Shown: positions 18,663 to 28,791, counted from the first letter of the stretch. The stretch: DNA of 62,127 nt from an uncultured Halobacteria archaeon (GCA_964443855.1 CAYUEX010000001.1:1-62127); one strand, 5' to 3'. Translations and numbers: made by a program. Notes: a model not told the origin generated them from the sequence alone.

Positions 18663-18783
18663 AGAAAGAACTTATACTTAATCACTTTTTGTAAAGTTGG
18701 CTTGTGATCAATCAAAATTTTCTAAAAAGGTCTGAGCTAACTGCAAAAAACTTCTTGGGCTCAATATACCCGCGTTAAAAATA

Positions 18784-18818
18784 TAAAAATAAAGAAAAAA
18801 GGAAACCCAATGGTTTCC
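18784..18818 (-). terminator. Hairpin plus T-run terminator after hdrA
   Basis: GGAAACC-CAAT-GGTTTCC (18801-18818), followed on the minus strand by TTTTTTCTTTATTTTTAT. Confidence 0.45.
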
Positions 18819-18845
18819 GTTCCGTTTTCTACTCTACTTATGAGA

Positions 18846-21560
18846 CTACGCAAAATCCAACTGCGCATACAACTGCTTGTCTTTGAAATTCTTCAGCGAC
18901 ATCGCGTCTGACGGGCAGAAGGAAGCGCAACTGCCACAGCCTATGCAACCCTCGGTCACGTGTGCGATCTTCTTATTCCCGCTTACCACCGTCATGATAC
19001 CGTACGTTACTGCCGCTACTGGCTCCTCCACCAACTCGATCGCCTCGACGGGACATAACTCGACACATACGCCGCAGCCGGCACAGATCTCCTCATTCAC
19101 CACGGAAACGATTCCTGGCGTTTCGAGGAAGTTCTTCGCCAATAACACGCATGCCCGCGCCGCAGCTCCACTGCCCATTGCGATGCTCTCGTCGATCATT
19201 GCAGGATAAACAGCCGAACCACAGATGAACACGCCTTCGTTCACTGTATCAACCGGTGTTAACACCAGCTTTGGTCGCTCCTGAGCCTCTAAGAAGAACC
19301 CGTTTCTCAGTGGAATCATGAACATCGTGCTCAATTGCTCGTTCTCTTCCGCAGGCTGCACCAGTGGGCTGACCACGACCAGATCCGGCTTTATCTGGAT
19401 CTCATCGTTGAAGATCACATCGAAGATCGAAACAACACCGTCCGCAAAGGTTGGTGAGCGTTCCGCATCGTATCTAAGGAAGACTACGCCTTTCTGCCGT
19501 GCCTCCTTGTATGCCATCTCCCACTTGCCGTACGTCTTGATGTCCTGATAAAGCACGAATACGTTCAGTTCAGGCTTAAGCTCCTTCGCTTTTAACGCAT
19601 TGGTGACCACTTCGATGCTGTTGTATTTTGCATAGACTCCGTTGCCTGATGCACCGTCTTGAATCATAACGACGGTATTTGCATCCACAGTGCCCTCCAG
19701 CATCTTGGCAAAGTCGGTTAGCGTCACGACGCTATTATTTTGACCGTAGCCGAAGAACCCTTCAGGAACAAACTCGCACGCGCCTGTTGCAAGCACTGCG
19801 GCACCGAAATCGATCTCTTCATCTACGCCTGCTCCGGTTACCTGCGCTCTAAACGCGCCTGCTCGTCCCCTAACGTTCTCGACTGCGGCACCCGTGTACA
19901 CCGTGATCTTATCGTTACTCGTTATCTTGCCCACGTAATCATTCAGCACGTCAGCAGCTTTTGCACCGTCCTGTAGCTCAGTGGTTTCTCTCAAACCGCC
20001 GCCTAACTCCGATCCTTTCTCCACCAAGGAAACTTCATAGCCGGCATTCGCGATATCGAGTGCTGCAGTCATCCCGGCTGCACCACCGCCAACCACAAGT
20101 GCTTTTGGCGTCACCGGATACTGCTCTATCGGAACCGGTTCGAGATACCGCGCACGTTCTACCGCCATGGTCATCTGGCTCATTGCGGCGACCGTTGCCT
20201 CATTTGCATCGTGTACCCACGCACATTGCTCTCGTAGGTTCACCATTTCGAGCAAATAGGGGTTTAAGCCGGCCTTCGCGCACGCATCCCTGAATATCGC
20301 TTCGTAAGCTCGCGGCGAATAGCCTGCAACAACTACTCTATTCAGTCCTTCATCTACTATGCCGTCCTCGATGGCGTCCAGGGTCTCTTTCAAGGTGTTC
20401 GTCTCGCTGTTCACCACGGCAACATCCCTCAGCTGGCCCACATGCTCTGCCACCGCAGGCATGTCCATTGCACCGGCAACGTCGCCTTCGCGAGCACTAA
20501 TGAAAACGCCGATCTTCGCCTCTTCACCCACCTCGATATATTTCCGCTCGTCCTGACCGGGAATCATCTCGGTCCTTTCGGATAACTGAGCAGCTTTTAA
20601 TGCTGCCGCATTGGCCTGTATGACACTTTCCCGAACCTTCATCGGTGCGGTTGCCGTGCCACCAGCGAAAATACCCGGCACACTCGTTTCCAACGGGCTC
20701 GTCAGGCTCGTCTCAACAAAGCCATAAGGATCAAGGTTTACGCCTGTTACTTCAGCAAGTTTCACCATTGTCTTTGACGGCAGAAGACCAACCGCAAGAA
20801 CTACCATGTCAAGGCCTAACTGCTCGATCTCACCGTTCGTTAAATTCTCGTACTTCACGGTGAGCTCCCCGCCGTCCGCAAGCACTTCGGGAACTCGCGA
20901 CCTGACGTACTTCACGCCGTATTTGTTCTTCAAGTCAGCCACCAGTTCCTCATCCTTGCCAAATACGCGAATGTCCATATAGAAGACGTACACGTCCGTG
21001 TCGGGGTAACGCTCTTTTAATTCCCACACCTCTTTCGCCGTGTAGCCACAGCAGGCAGTTGAACAAATTTCATTCTCCTTACAGCGCGACCCGATACATT
21101 TGATAAATCCGATCTTTTTCACCGGCTTGCCATCTGAAGGTCGCACCAGCGCTCCGTTCTCACTCGTCGTACACGCTCGGAGCATACCTTCAAAATCCAA
21201 TGACGCAACGACATCTGGATTGTCAATTGCATAGCCTTTCGCTATGTCATCATAAACGTCATAGCCCGGTGTCAGCACCACGCTCTCCACGCCTATGTCC
21301 TTCCCTGCTACCTTCAACGTGAAATTACCGGCTGAGCCTGATAAGCTCTCAACTTCGCTTGACAGCATCAGTTCTATGTTTGGATGGTTCTCTATCTCCG
21401 CGATCTTCGGCGATATCCCTGTTTCACATTCCGCAAGCTCAGAAACCTTACCACCGAGTTTGTCATTCTTCTCGATTAAATAGACTTTGTAACCCGCATC
21501 GGCAAGGTCAAGAGCTGCCGTTATACCGGAAACGCCGCCTCCTATAACTGCTATTCCCAT
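18846..21560 (-). CDS. hdrA: Heterodisulfide reductase subunit A-like flavoprotein, enlarged (two dinucleotide-binding motifs, C-terminal 2x[4Fe-4S])
   Basis: GGGVSGITAALDLADAGYKVYLIEK and VVGGGAAGMTAALDIANAGYEVSLVEK. HdrA Cys motif CIGSRC…CSTACCGY. C-terminal CAGCGVCVELCP and CIGCGSCASFCP. Confidence 0.85.
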   Translation of the reverse strand: MGIAVIGGGVSGITAALDLADAGYKVYLIEKNDKLGGKVSELAECETGISPKIAEIENHPNIELMLSSEVESLSGSAGNFTLKVAGKDIGVESVVLTPGYDVYDDIAKGYAIDNPDVVASLDFEGMLRACTTSENGALVRPSDGKPVKKIGFIKCIGSRCKENEICSTACCGYTAKEVWELKERYPDTDVYVFYMDIRVFGKDEELVADLKNKYGVKYVRSRVPEVLADGGELTVKYENLTNGEIEQLGLDMVVLAVGLLPSKTMVKLAEVTGVNLDPYGFVETSLTSPLETSVPGIFAGGTATAPMKVRESVIQANAAALKAAQLSERTEMIPGQDERKYIEVGEEAKIGVFISAREGDVAGAMDMPAVAEHVGQLRDVAVVNSETNTLKETLDAIEDGIVDEGLNRVVVAGYSPRAYEAIFRDACAKAGLNPYLLEMVNLREQCAWVHDANEATVAAMSQMTMAVERARYLEPVPIEQYPVTPKALVVGGGAAGMTAALDIANAGYEVSLVEKGSELGGGLRETTELQDGAKAADVLNDYVGKITSNDKITVYTGAAVENVRGRAGAFRAQVTGAGVDEEIDFGAAVLATGACEFVPEGFFGYGQNNSVVTLTDFAKMLEGTVDANTVVMIQDGASGNGVYAKYNSIEVVTNALKAKELKPELNVFVLYQDIKTYGKWEMAYKEARQKGVVFLRYDAERSPTFADGVVSIFDVIFNDEIQIKPDLVVVSPLVQPAEENEQLSTMFMIPLRNGFFLEAQERPKLVLTPVDTVNEGVFICGSAVYPAMIDESIAMGSGAAARACVLLAKNFLETPGIVSVVNEEICAGCGVCVELCPVEAIELVEEPVAAVTYGIMTVVSGNKKIAHVTEGCIGCGSCASFCPSDAMSLKNFKDKQLYAQLDFA

Positions 21561-21562
21561 TT

Positions 21563-22429
21563 TTACACCACCTTCTCCAGTAGTTTCTTTGTGTCTACGG
21601 CATTCTTCTGAAGACCAAGCTTATTCGCGTCTATTCCAAGCGCGAGCCCCATCAACTGCGTGATATACACCACCGGCATATCGAACTTGACGTTCAACGC
21701 CTTCTCTACATCCGGCTGCTTCGCATCCAGCATCATGCCGCACAGCGGACAGGCAAGTGCTACACAGTCCGCACCGGCGTCCTTCGCGGTCTGCAGGATC
21801 TTCCTCGCCATCTCAAACGCGAGATCACTTCTCGTCATCATCAACGGTCCGCCACAGCACTTCGTTTTCATAGAGCTGAACGGGACATTCTCGCCTCCGA
21901 TTAACTCGATCAACTGATCCATCAAGACCGGATCGTCGGGATCGTCAAATGCCGTCTCTGGCGGTCGACCCAAATAACAACCATAATACGGTGCCACCTT
22001 GAGTTCCACCTTCTTCACTAACTTACTCTTTATCGCGTCCAGACCTATGTCGTTAACGAGGACATCGAGCACGTGCTTCGGCGTTATCGTGCCGTTGTAC
22101 TCAAGCGAAGGATCAATCGCTTTTATTTCCGCACGCAACTCCTCATTTTCCTTCAGTGCATTGTTCGTCCTTGCTAAATTGTAATAACAGATGCTGCAGG
22201 GTGTGACGATATCCAAATGCTCCCTCTCTGCAATGGCGAGATTTCGCGCATTTAACGCGTATACTAATCTCGGATCCTCTGCTTCCGCCGCACCACAGCA
22301 GTTCCAGTCCTCGACTTCTTCCAGCTCAACCCCCAACGCTTTAAACATCTCTTTCGTTGACAGGTCTTGCTCCAACGCCGTCGCCTCTGATGGACACCCT
22401 GGATAATATGCAATCTTCTCTATGCTCAT
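21563..22429 (-). CDS. hdrB: Heterodisulfide reductase subunit B
   Basis: Two CCG domains (…NCCGA…PCSICY… and …KCCGG…CPLCG…). Confidence 0.85.
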   Translation of the reverse strand: MSIEKIAYYPGCPSEATALEQDLSTKEMFKALGVELEEVEDWNCCGAAEAEDPRLVYALNARNLAIAEREHLDIVTPCSICYYNLARTNNALKENEELRAEIKAIDPSLEYNGTITPKHVLDVLVNDIGLDAIKSKLVKKVELKVAPYYGCYLGRPPETAFDDPDDPVLMDQLIELIGGENVPFSSMKTKCCGGPLMMTRSDLAFEMARKILQTAKDAGADCVALACPLCGMMLDAKQPDVEKALNVKFDMPVVYITQLMGLALGIDANKLGLQKNAVDTKKLLEKVV

Positions 22430-23052
22430 TTCTCTTTCTCCTCAGCCCACTCGAAGATCTTCTTCATCACTTCTCGCTGCTTTATCTTCGATGGTAAAAC
22501 CCCTTTTGTCAGACCGTGACCACCAAGTGGCCCCATTTTACCTTTAAAGAACATCCGCATACCGAAACCCATGTAATCCTTCATCATTGCTTTTTGTCCC
22601 GCAACGAAAGAGCCTTCTCTCTTGGGGTAATATTCCATTGCCAGTCCTATATCATAGAGCCGCCCATACTTCTCCAACGTATGTAAGAACGCCGTTTCAA
22701 AGAGTGGTCTCGGGCTCTCTATTTTTATCTCGCCTGCTGCCTCTGCCTTCTCTGCTAACCGTCGTAGTACAGCGAGCACATCGCCAACCACCACATCTTG
22801 CGGGCATCGCGCTGTGCACGTCTGACAGATAGCACAGATCCACAAATCCGGATTGGACAGCACTTCTTTGCGCATTCCCAACAGGCTCATCTGGATTAAC
22901 TTCCTCGGGTTGTAACTTGGCACGAGTTCTGTAAGTGGGCAGCCGATGGTACAAGTGCTACACTGGTAACATGCGGTAAGGTGCTCTCCTCCCGGCTCCT
23001 TCATAATCTCGTTCTTAAAGTCCGGGTCCAGTTCCCAGGTCTTTATTGGCAT
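22426..23052 (-). CDS. hdrC: Heterodisulfide reductase subunit C
   Basis: CYQCSTCTIGCP and CAICQTCTARCP motifs. 4-nt overlap with hdrB. Confidence 0.85.
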   Translation of the reverse strand: MPIKTWELDPDFKNEIMKEPGGEHLTACYQCSTCTIGCPLTELVPSYNPRKLIQMSLLGMRKEVLSNPDLWICAICQTCTARCPQDVVVGDVLAVLRRLAEKAEAAGEIKIESPRPLFETAFLHTLEKYGRLYDIGLAMEYYPKREGSFVAGQKAMMKDYMGFGMRMFFKGKMGPLGGHGLTKGVLPSKIKQREVMKKIFEWAEEKEK

Positions 23053-23053
23053 T

Positions 23054-24118
23054 TTATCGTAGACACTCTTCTAGTTCGTCATCCTCATAGGTCGTGAACG
23101 GTAGAGGCTCCTTTACATCCTTTCCAGGCACGTACTCGAAGATCTCCTGTACCTTCTTCGTAAGGACCGGATAGAATCTCGTCAGTGGTATGTCTTTTGG
23201 ACATGCATCTTCACACGCACCACAGGCAACGCAGGTCGTGCTGACGTGGTACACCCTCGTGAGATGGTACATGAGTTGATTGGCTGGTACGGCTATCGCG
23301 CCACGCGCCTCTGCTAAGTTCAGCAAGTCGCCGCCCACAGGGTTCCCGATTGGTTGGTCAAAGAAGCATTCTTTACAGTAACACACCGGGCAAACATCTC
23401 TGCAGTTCTTGCATACGATACAGTCTCGGAGGAACTCTTCCAATGCCGCTTCACTGTCTACCTTCGGCAACGCATCCAAACTCGCTTTTGCCTCTGCTGC
23501 GATCTTCTCATTTTCCGCTGACCGGTCTAACTCCTTGTCTTCCAGTTCGAGCCCGGCGGCAGTCAATGCTGCATCGCCCTTTTCCGTCAGCCCTACAACG
23601 GTCACTTTCTCGCCATTCGCTTGCGCGAGAGCAATATCACCAACGTCTGCAAGTCGATTATCACAGATTGCACAGGCATCCCGTATCGAAACGCCCTTTC
23701 CCGAAAGTTCCTTTATCTTTCCACTGTCCACTTGATCGCCAATATCCGCATAATTCGCTGCATAAACCTCGTTCGCGTAAGCGCCCGCGCAATCCACGGT
23801 TATAAGAAGCACACTCTCTTCATTCAGCTGCTTAAGCTTGACCAATTCTATTGCTGCTCGTGTTTCACAGGGTTTGGCTACAACGCCAATCTTCTCATCG
23901 ATCATCCAGCCCTTAACGATGTTCGCGGCGTTTACACCGAACGAAGGCGCGAAAATGACTGATTCTGGCGCTGTTATCTTGTCCTTGTTCCGTACAAGCA
24001 TGTAGGATACACCGTTCCCGACTCTACGCGGTATGACCAGTGCATCCACGACCTTGTTCTCCAGCAATCCCTTAAAAAACCCTTCTAAATCCCCATAATT
24101 GAGCTCTGTTCCTTTCAT
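23054..24118 (-). CDS. Iron-sulfur protein, FrhB/FdhB-like N-terminal region plus 4Fe-4S motifs
   Basis: CIVCKNCRDVCPVCYC and CVACGACEDACP motifs. The N-terminal part resembles F420-hydrogenase/dehydrogenase beta N-domains. Embedded in the hdr operon. Confidence 0.5.
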   Translation of the reverse strand: MKGTELNYGDLEGFFKGLLENKVVDALVIPRRVGNGVSYMLVRNKDKITAPESVIFAPSFGVNAANIVKGWMIDEKIGVVAKPCETRAAIELVKLKQLNEESVLLITVDCAGAYANEVYAANYADIGDQVDSGKIKELSGKGVSIRDACAICDNRLADVGDIALAQANGEKVTVVGLTEKGDAALTAAGLELEDKELDRSAENEKIAAEAKASLDALPKVDSEAALEEFLRDCIVCKNCRDVCPVCYCKECFFDQPIGNPVGGDLLNLAEARGAIAVPANQLMYHLTRVYHVSTTCVACGACEDACPKDIPLTRFYPVLTKKVQEIFEYVPGKDVKEPLPFTTYEDDELEECLR

Positions 24119-24543
24119 AGTATCTCATCCTTCATGGGATTCGGTCCCACTTCTTTAATGTGCGCTGCCAGGCTCTTCATGGTATCTGCGAATTTGACAC
24201 CCTCAGACGCGCTAATCCAGTGTAATTGGACACGATTATCCAATCCCAACTGCTTTAGAATCGTTCTCATTGCTGCTATTCTACGTCGGGAATAGAAGTT
24301 CCCTTTGATGTAGTGGCACTCCCCTGGATGGCAGCCTCCTATGAACACTCCGTCTGCTCCATTTAATAACGCCTTGAGCACAAACATCGGATCTATCCGC
24401 GCCGTGCACATAAGCCTTATTATCCGAATGTTTGGTGGGTATTTTTTCCGCGACGTCCCTGCTAAGTCTGCACCCGCATAAGTACACCAATTACAGGTAA
24501 ATCCAACGATCTTTGGCTCAAAATCCTCTTTCTCTTCTCCCAT
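24115..24543 (-). CDS. mvhD: MvhD-like (methyl-viologen-reducing hydrogenase delta subunit) protein
   Basis: Typical PKIVGFTCNWCTYAGADLAG…RLMCTARIDP…GADGVFIGGCHPGECHY. Confidence 0.85.
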   Translation of the reverse strand: MGEEKEDFEPKIVGFTCNWCTYAGADLAGTSRKKYPPNIRIIRLMCTARIDPMFVLKALLNGADGVFIGGCHPGECHYIKGNFYSRRRIAAMRTILKQLGLDNRVQLHWISASEGVKFADTMKSLAAHIKEVGPNPMKDEIL

Positions 24544-24884
24544 TTTTTATCACCTAGGTCTATGCTTACTTTCCTCGATTACTTTTGGCTAATCTTCCTA
24601 TTAGGTATAACATATATAAGTTTTTCGATATTTCTCAAATCACCACCGCGTTCGAGGTCAGCTACTCTAGTCGGATTCCTTAATAACAGTTTAATAAGAA
24701 AACGCTTCATAAGATACGAGGTAACGTGTAATCCGTGAATATACATAATTCTATTTCGGGGGACTCAGAGTCAAGAGATGCGGGAATCGGCTGCTATGCC
24801 CATCAGAACGTGGCAACCGTGAGACGAGGTGATTACGAGGGTTGCAATGAAGACGTTGAAAGAGGGGCGCTGAGATATAACTAA

Positions 24885-26648
24885 ATGAAGATGCCGTCGT
24901 TCAATCCGCATCTGATACTCCTGCACGCACCAACTGTGTACGATTTCCGCAAGTATCCACTCATGTTCGGCCCGATCGCGGATGGCGTACCCTCAACGCC
25001 CTTGTTCGAGATGTACCCGATTGGCTTCTTCTCTTTGATGGAACATCTGGCGCGAAACGGGATCGGGGTGCGAATAATCAATTTGGCTGTGCGAATGCTG
25101 AGTAGTGACGATTTCGATGCGGAAAAGATGATACAGAAGCTGAAGCCAAAGGCGTTCGGTATCGATCTCCATTGGCTGCCTCATGCGCAGGGGAGTCTTG
25201 AAGTCGCGAAGATCTGCAAAAAATACCACCCTGACATACCCGTTATCTTCGGTGGCTATTCCGCAACGTACTTCTACGACGAGTTAATTCGCTATCCAGA
25301 GGTAGATTTCATTTTAAGAGGTGATTCCACCGAAGAACCGCTGCTGCAGCTTATGAACGCGATTATTAAACAGCCCTCATCCACCGTAAGCGCCATCCCA
25401 AACCTTGTCTGGAAGGATAGCAGCGGTAAGGCTCACGCGAACCCGTTTACTTACGTTCCGAACGATCTGAATAAATCCGCGAATAATTACGTTGCTGCGT
25501 TCAAATCAGCATTGAAATACCGCGATGTTCGAAGTATGAGCCCCTGGAAAGGCTGGACCTCTCACGAATGGCTTGACTATCCTATCACGCCCGTGATTAC
25601 CTGCCGTGGATGCATCCACAATTGCACCTTTTGCGGTGGTTCTCGGAACGCACTGGCGCTGTATTGCAATCGAAAGAAACCGGCATTTCGCGATCCTCAA
25701 TTGATCGTGAAGGACATTATTAAGACCGCACGATATACTCGAGCACCCATATTTATTATCGGCGATCTCTTCCAGCCGGGCAAAAAATATGCGTACACCA
25801 TCTTAGAAGGCTTGAAAAAAGCCAAAATCACCAACCATCTCGTGTTTGAGTTGTTCAAACCGGCACCGAAGGAATTCTTTGATCGCGTGGCGGAATCGGT
25901 GACGAACTTCAATTTCGAGATATCGCCCGATAGCCATGACGAACGGGTACGAGCGGCAGAAGGGAAGCAGTACAAAAATGCGGAAATCGAGAAGAATTTG
26001 AAGTGGGCCTTGGATGCGGGCTGCAACAAATTTGATCTGTTCTTCATGATTGGACTCCCGCTACAGACCTGCGAATCGGCGATGGAGACGGTAGAGTGGT
26101 GTGGGTATCTCATGGAGAAGTTCGGCACGCGCGTTGTACCGTTTATTCTTCCGTATTCGCCCTTTATCGATCCCGGCTGCATAGCCTACGAGCAGTCGGA
26201 GAAGATGGGCTATACGATCCTTCTCAAGACGCTCGAAGAGTATCGGAAAGCGCTGTTAGCACCCAGTTGGAAATACGCCTTAAATTACGAGACAAAATGG
26301 ATGACGCGGGACGAAATTGCCGACTGCGCGTACCAAGCTGGGCTGCGCATGAACGAACTGAAGCTGAAATGCGGCTTGATCGACGAGGAGCTATTCAAGA
26401 AGACGAAAGGGCGGATAAAGCTCGCAATTGACCTTACAACAGCCGTAGATAAGATTCTAGAGACAAATGACGAAACCGCCCAGCAAGAGCGTTTGATGCA
26501 GTTGAAACCCGAGTTCGACACGCTCTTCAACTCGGTCATCAACGAGAAGGTACAACTGGATTGGCCTGCTGCGAAGCGTGGTTTGCGGATTTTACCGCTC
26601 TTAAAATTAGCACTACTCGATTCCTTAGCGATGCGACGGGGTAAATAA
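24885..26648 (+). CDS. B12-binding-domain radical SAM protein
   Basis: N-terminal Rossmann-like B12-binding region, and radical SAM motif TCRGCIHNCTFCGG. Confidence 0.75.
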   Translation: MKMPSFNPHLILLHAPTVYDFRKYPLMFGPIADGVPSTPLFEMYPIGFFSLMEHLARNGIGVRIINLAVRMLSSDDFDAEKMIQKLKPKAFGIDLHWLPHAQGSLEVAKICKKYHPDIPVIFGGYSATYFYDELIRYPEVDFILRGDSTEEPLLQLMNAIIKQPSSTVSAIPNLVWKDSSGKAHANPFTYVPNDLNKSANNYVAAFKSALKYRDVRSMSPWKGWTSHEWLDYPITPVITCRGCIHNCTFCGGSRNALALYCNRKKPAFRDPQLIVKDIIKTARYTRAPIFIIGDLFQPGKKYAYTILEGLKKAKITNHLVFELFKPAPKEFFDRVAESVTNFNFEISPDSHDERVRAAEGKQYKNAEIEKNLKWALDAGCNKFDLFFMIGLPLQTCESAMETVEWCGYLMEKFGTRVVPFILPYSPFIDPGCIAYEQSEKMGYTILLKTLEEYRKALLAPSWKYALNYETKWMTRDEIADCAYQAGLRMNELKLKCGLIDEELFKKTKGRIKLAIDLTTAVDKILETNDETAQQERLMQLKPEFDTLFNSVINEKVQLDWPAAKRGLRILPLLKLALLDSLAMRRGK

Positions 26649-26659
26649 GCCGCTTTACT

Positions 26660-27409
26660 CTACGAAGCGGGACGTGGCGCGGGACGATTAGGATCGAAAA
26701 CCCCCGCAACTTGGATTCCTATCTCGTAGAAGATAACAAGTGGGATTGCGACTATGAGCTGACTCACGACGTCGGGCGGCGTAAAGAACGCGGCGAGGAC
26801 GAACATGATCACATAGATGTATCGTCGGTATTCCTTCAGTGTCTCGAGCGGGACGAGTCCGACACGAACAAGAAAGACGAGAAAGAGCGGGACTTCAAAC
26901 GCGACGCCCATTACGAGCGTTATTATGATGACGAACGATATGAATTCATATATCGAGTACGTGGCGGTAACTCCACTCGCTGCTGACATAATGTGAAGAT
27001 ACGTGAGGACTATCGGCAGCATGAGGAAGTACGAGTAGCTTATTCCCAAAACGAAGAGAGAAAAGGCGGTAGTCACCAATATAATGAAGTGCGATTTCTT
27101 CATCGGATTCTTTATGCCAAACCGCACCTTCAACATCTTGTACACGTAGTGGAACACAAGCGGAATGACCAGTATGACGCCGATGACCAGCGCCATCTTC
27201 AATTTCAGCATGATTACTTCCACGGGCGATATATAGATGAGCGTTGCACCTTCGGGGAGGAGATCTTGCTTTATTCGCTCTAATACGGGATCCAAGAATT
27301 GAAAAGAGACCATGAACCCACCGAGAAAAACGGCGGCAATGGGTATGAGCTTTTTCTTTATCGCTACCGTTATATATCCTAACTCCTCGCTAATACTTGC
27401 CATCTTCAC
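26660..27409 (-). CDS. tatC: Sec-independent translocase TatC
   Basis: Six-TM TatC pattern (…YISPVE…, FFTPPDVVSQ). Confidence 0.85.
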   Translation of the reverse strand: MKMASISEELGYITVAIKKKLIPIAAVFLGGFMVSFQFLDPVLERIKQDLLPEGATLIYISPVEVIMLKLKMALVIGVILVIPLVFHYVYKMLKVRFGIKNPMKKSHFIILVTTAFSLFVLGISYSYFLMLPIVLTYLHIMSAASGVTATYSIYEFISFVIIITLVMGVAFEVPLFLVFLVRVGLVPLETLKEYRRYIYVIMFVLAAFFTPPDVVSQLIVAIPLVIFYEIGIQVAGVFDPNRPAPRPAS

Positions 27410-27435
27410 GTGCTCCTATTACTATGACTGGATAA

Positions 27436-28239
27436 ATGATAAAAGCTAACGCCGAAGCTAGGACGAAGACGAAAGAGAAAATGCGGATGACTGACGACGC
27501 TGCTTTCGAGTTAGATGGCCCAATAGGGGATGATGAGATACCGATACTCGAGCATGTCGAGGAACTACGAGAGAGGCTCATCGTCTTTTTGATCCCGTTC
27601 TGCATCGCCACGATCGCTGCGTATCCGTTTTCAAACATCTTACTCCGCCGCATATTATTCCATAACCTCTTCCCTGAAGAAATGGCCATGTTTGTTTACA
27701 GCCCGATGGAATGGATGAGCGTACGGCTCCTGTTCTCCTTCTTACTCGCCTTTTCTGTTACGATGCCCTTGCTCTTATTTGAGCTTTTCGCTTTTATACG
27801 ATCTGGTTTGTATCCCTCAGAGCGGAAATTCTTCCTGATGGTTGCCATCCCTTCGCTCTGCTGTTACGTTGTCGGAGCGATCTTCGCCTATTACTTCGTC
27901 CTGCCACTCATCTTCGGCTATCTCATCAACTACTCCGGCGATGTCGCACAGGTTGCGCTTTCTGCGAAGCGGATCTTCTCTCTTATTCTTTACACCGCGG
28001 TGAGCTTCGGGCTGATTTTTCAAATCCCGCTCGTAATGATCTTGGCGGTAAAAATGCAAATAGTCACGTATTCGTGGCTCAGGAATAAACGAGTGATATT
28101 CTACGGGCTAATCATCGGCATCGCGTTCTTTGTCATCGCGGACCCGACGGGAATCTCGATGATCATGGCAGTGGTCTCAATCGCGCTCTTCGAGTTCGGA
28201 TTGCTACTCTCACGCTACATCGGACGCAGACGTAAGTAG
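27436..28239 (+). CDS. tatC: Sec-independent translocase TatC (second, divergent copy)
   Basis: HVEELRERL…, six TM helices, …ADPTG…. Divergent from the first tatC. Confidence 0.85.
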   Translation: MIKANAEARTKTKEKMRMTDDAAFELDGPIGDDEIPILEHVEELRERLIVFLIPFCIATIAAYPFSNILLRRILFHNLFPEEMAMFVYSPMEWMSVRLLFSFLLAFSVTMPLLLFELFAFIRSGLYPSERKFFLMVAIPSLCCYVVGAIFAYYFVLPLIFGYLINYSGDVAQVALSAKRIFSLILYTAVSFGLIFQIPLVMILAVKMQIVTYSWLRNKRVIFYGLIIGIAFFVIADPTGISMIMAVVSIALFEFGLLLSRYIGRRRK

Positions 28240-28455
28240 AAATAACTCATAGACGCGAGTGCTTGAGTTCGTCCATCTGCTTGCTGTTCTTGACGTAATC
28301 ATGAGTAACCCCTCTCTTGCCGAGGGGATCGCAATGATCGCTGTCCTCTCGAAAGACCGTAGCAAAACTTCTCGATGCTTTTTATATCTTTTTATATATG
28401 CTCGACCAATAGTATAGGTAGAGAGAATAAGCCAAATTGTGAGGTGCAAAAAGCC

Positions 28456-28791
28456 ATGTTAGGTCCAACTGAGATGATGGTAATTGCAGTAGTAGCAATC
28501 GTTTTGTTATTCGGTGCAGCGAAGGTGCCGCAGCTTGCCAGGTCGTTTGGGCAGGCGATGGGAGAGTTCAAAAAAGCGAAAAAGGAATCCGAATTGACCC
28601 TCAAGAATTTCGAAGACTCTATAGTGGGCGACGAAAAAGTAATACCGGAAACGACCGCAAAAGCAGAGAAAAAGGATGACGAGGTCAATATACGAGAAGT
28701 AGCAGGGTATATGGGCATAGAAACTGAAGGGAAGACCGATGAGCAGTTAAAAGAGGAAGTTCAGGCAAAGATGAAAGCTGACTCCAAGTAA
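28456..28791 (+). CDS. tatA: Sec-independent translocase TatA/E
   Basis: MLGPTEMMVIAVVAIVLLFGAAKVPQLARSFGQAMGEFKKAKKE is the TatA TM helix plus amphipathic helix. ATG 28456 is preferred over the track start 28375. Confidence 0.85.
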   Translation: MLGPTEMMVIAVVAIVLLFGAAKVPQLARSFGQAMGEFKKAKKESELTLKNFEDSIVGDEKVIPETTAKAEKKDDEVNIREVAGYMGIETEGKTDEQLKEEVQAKMKADSK

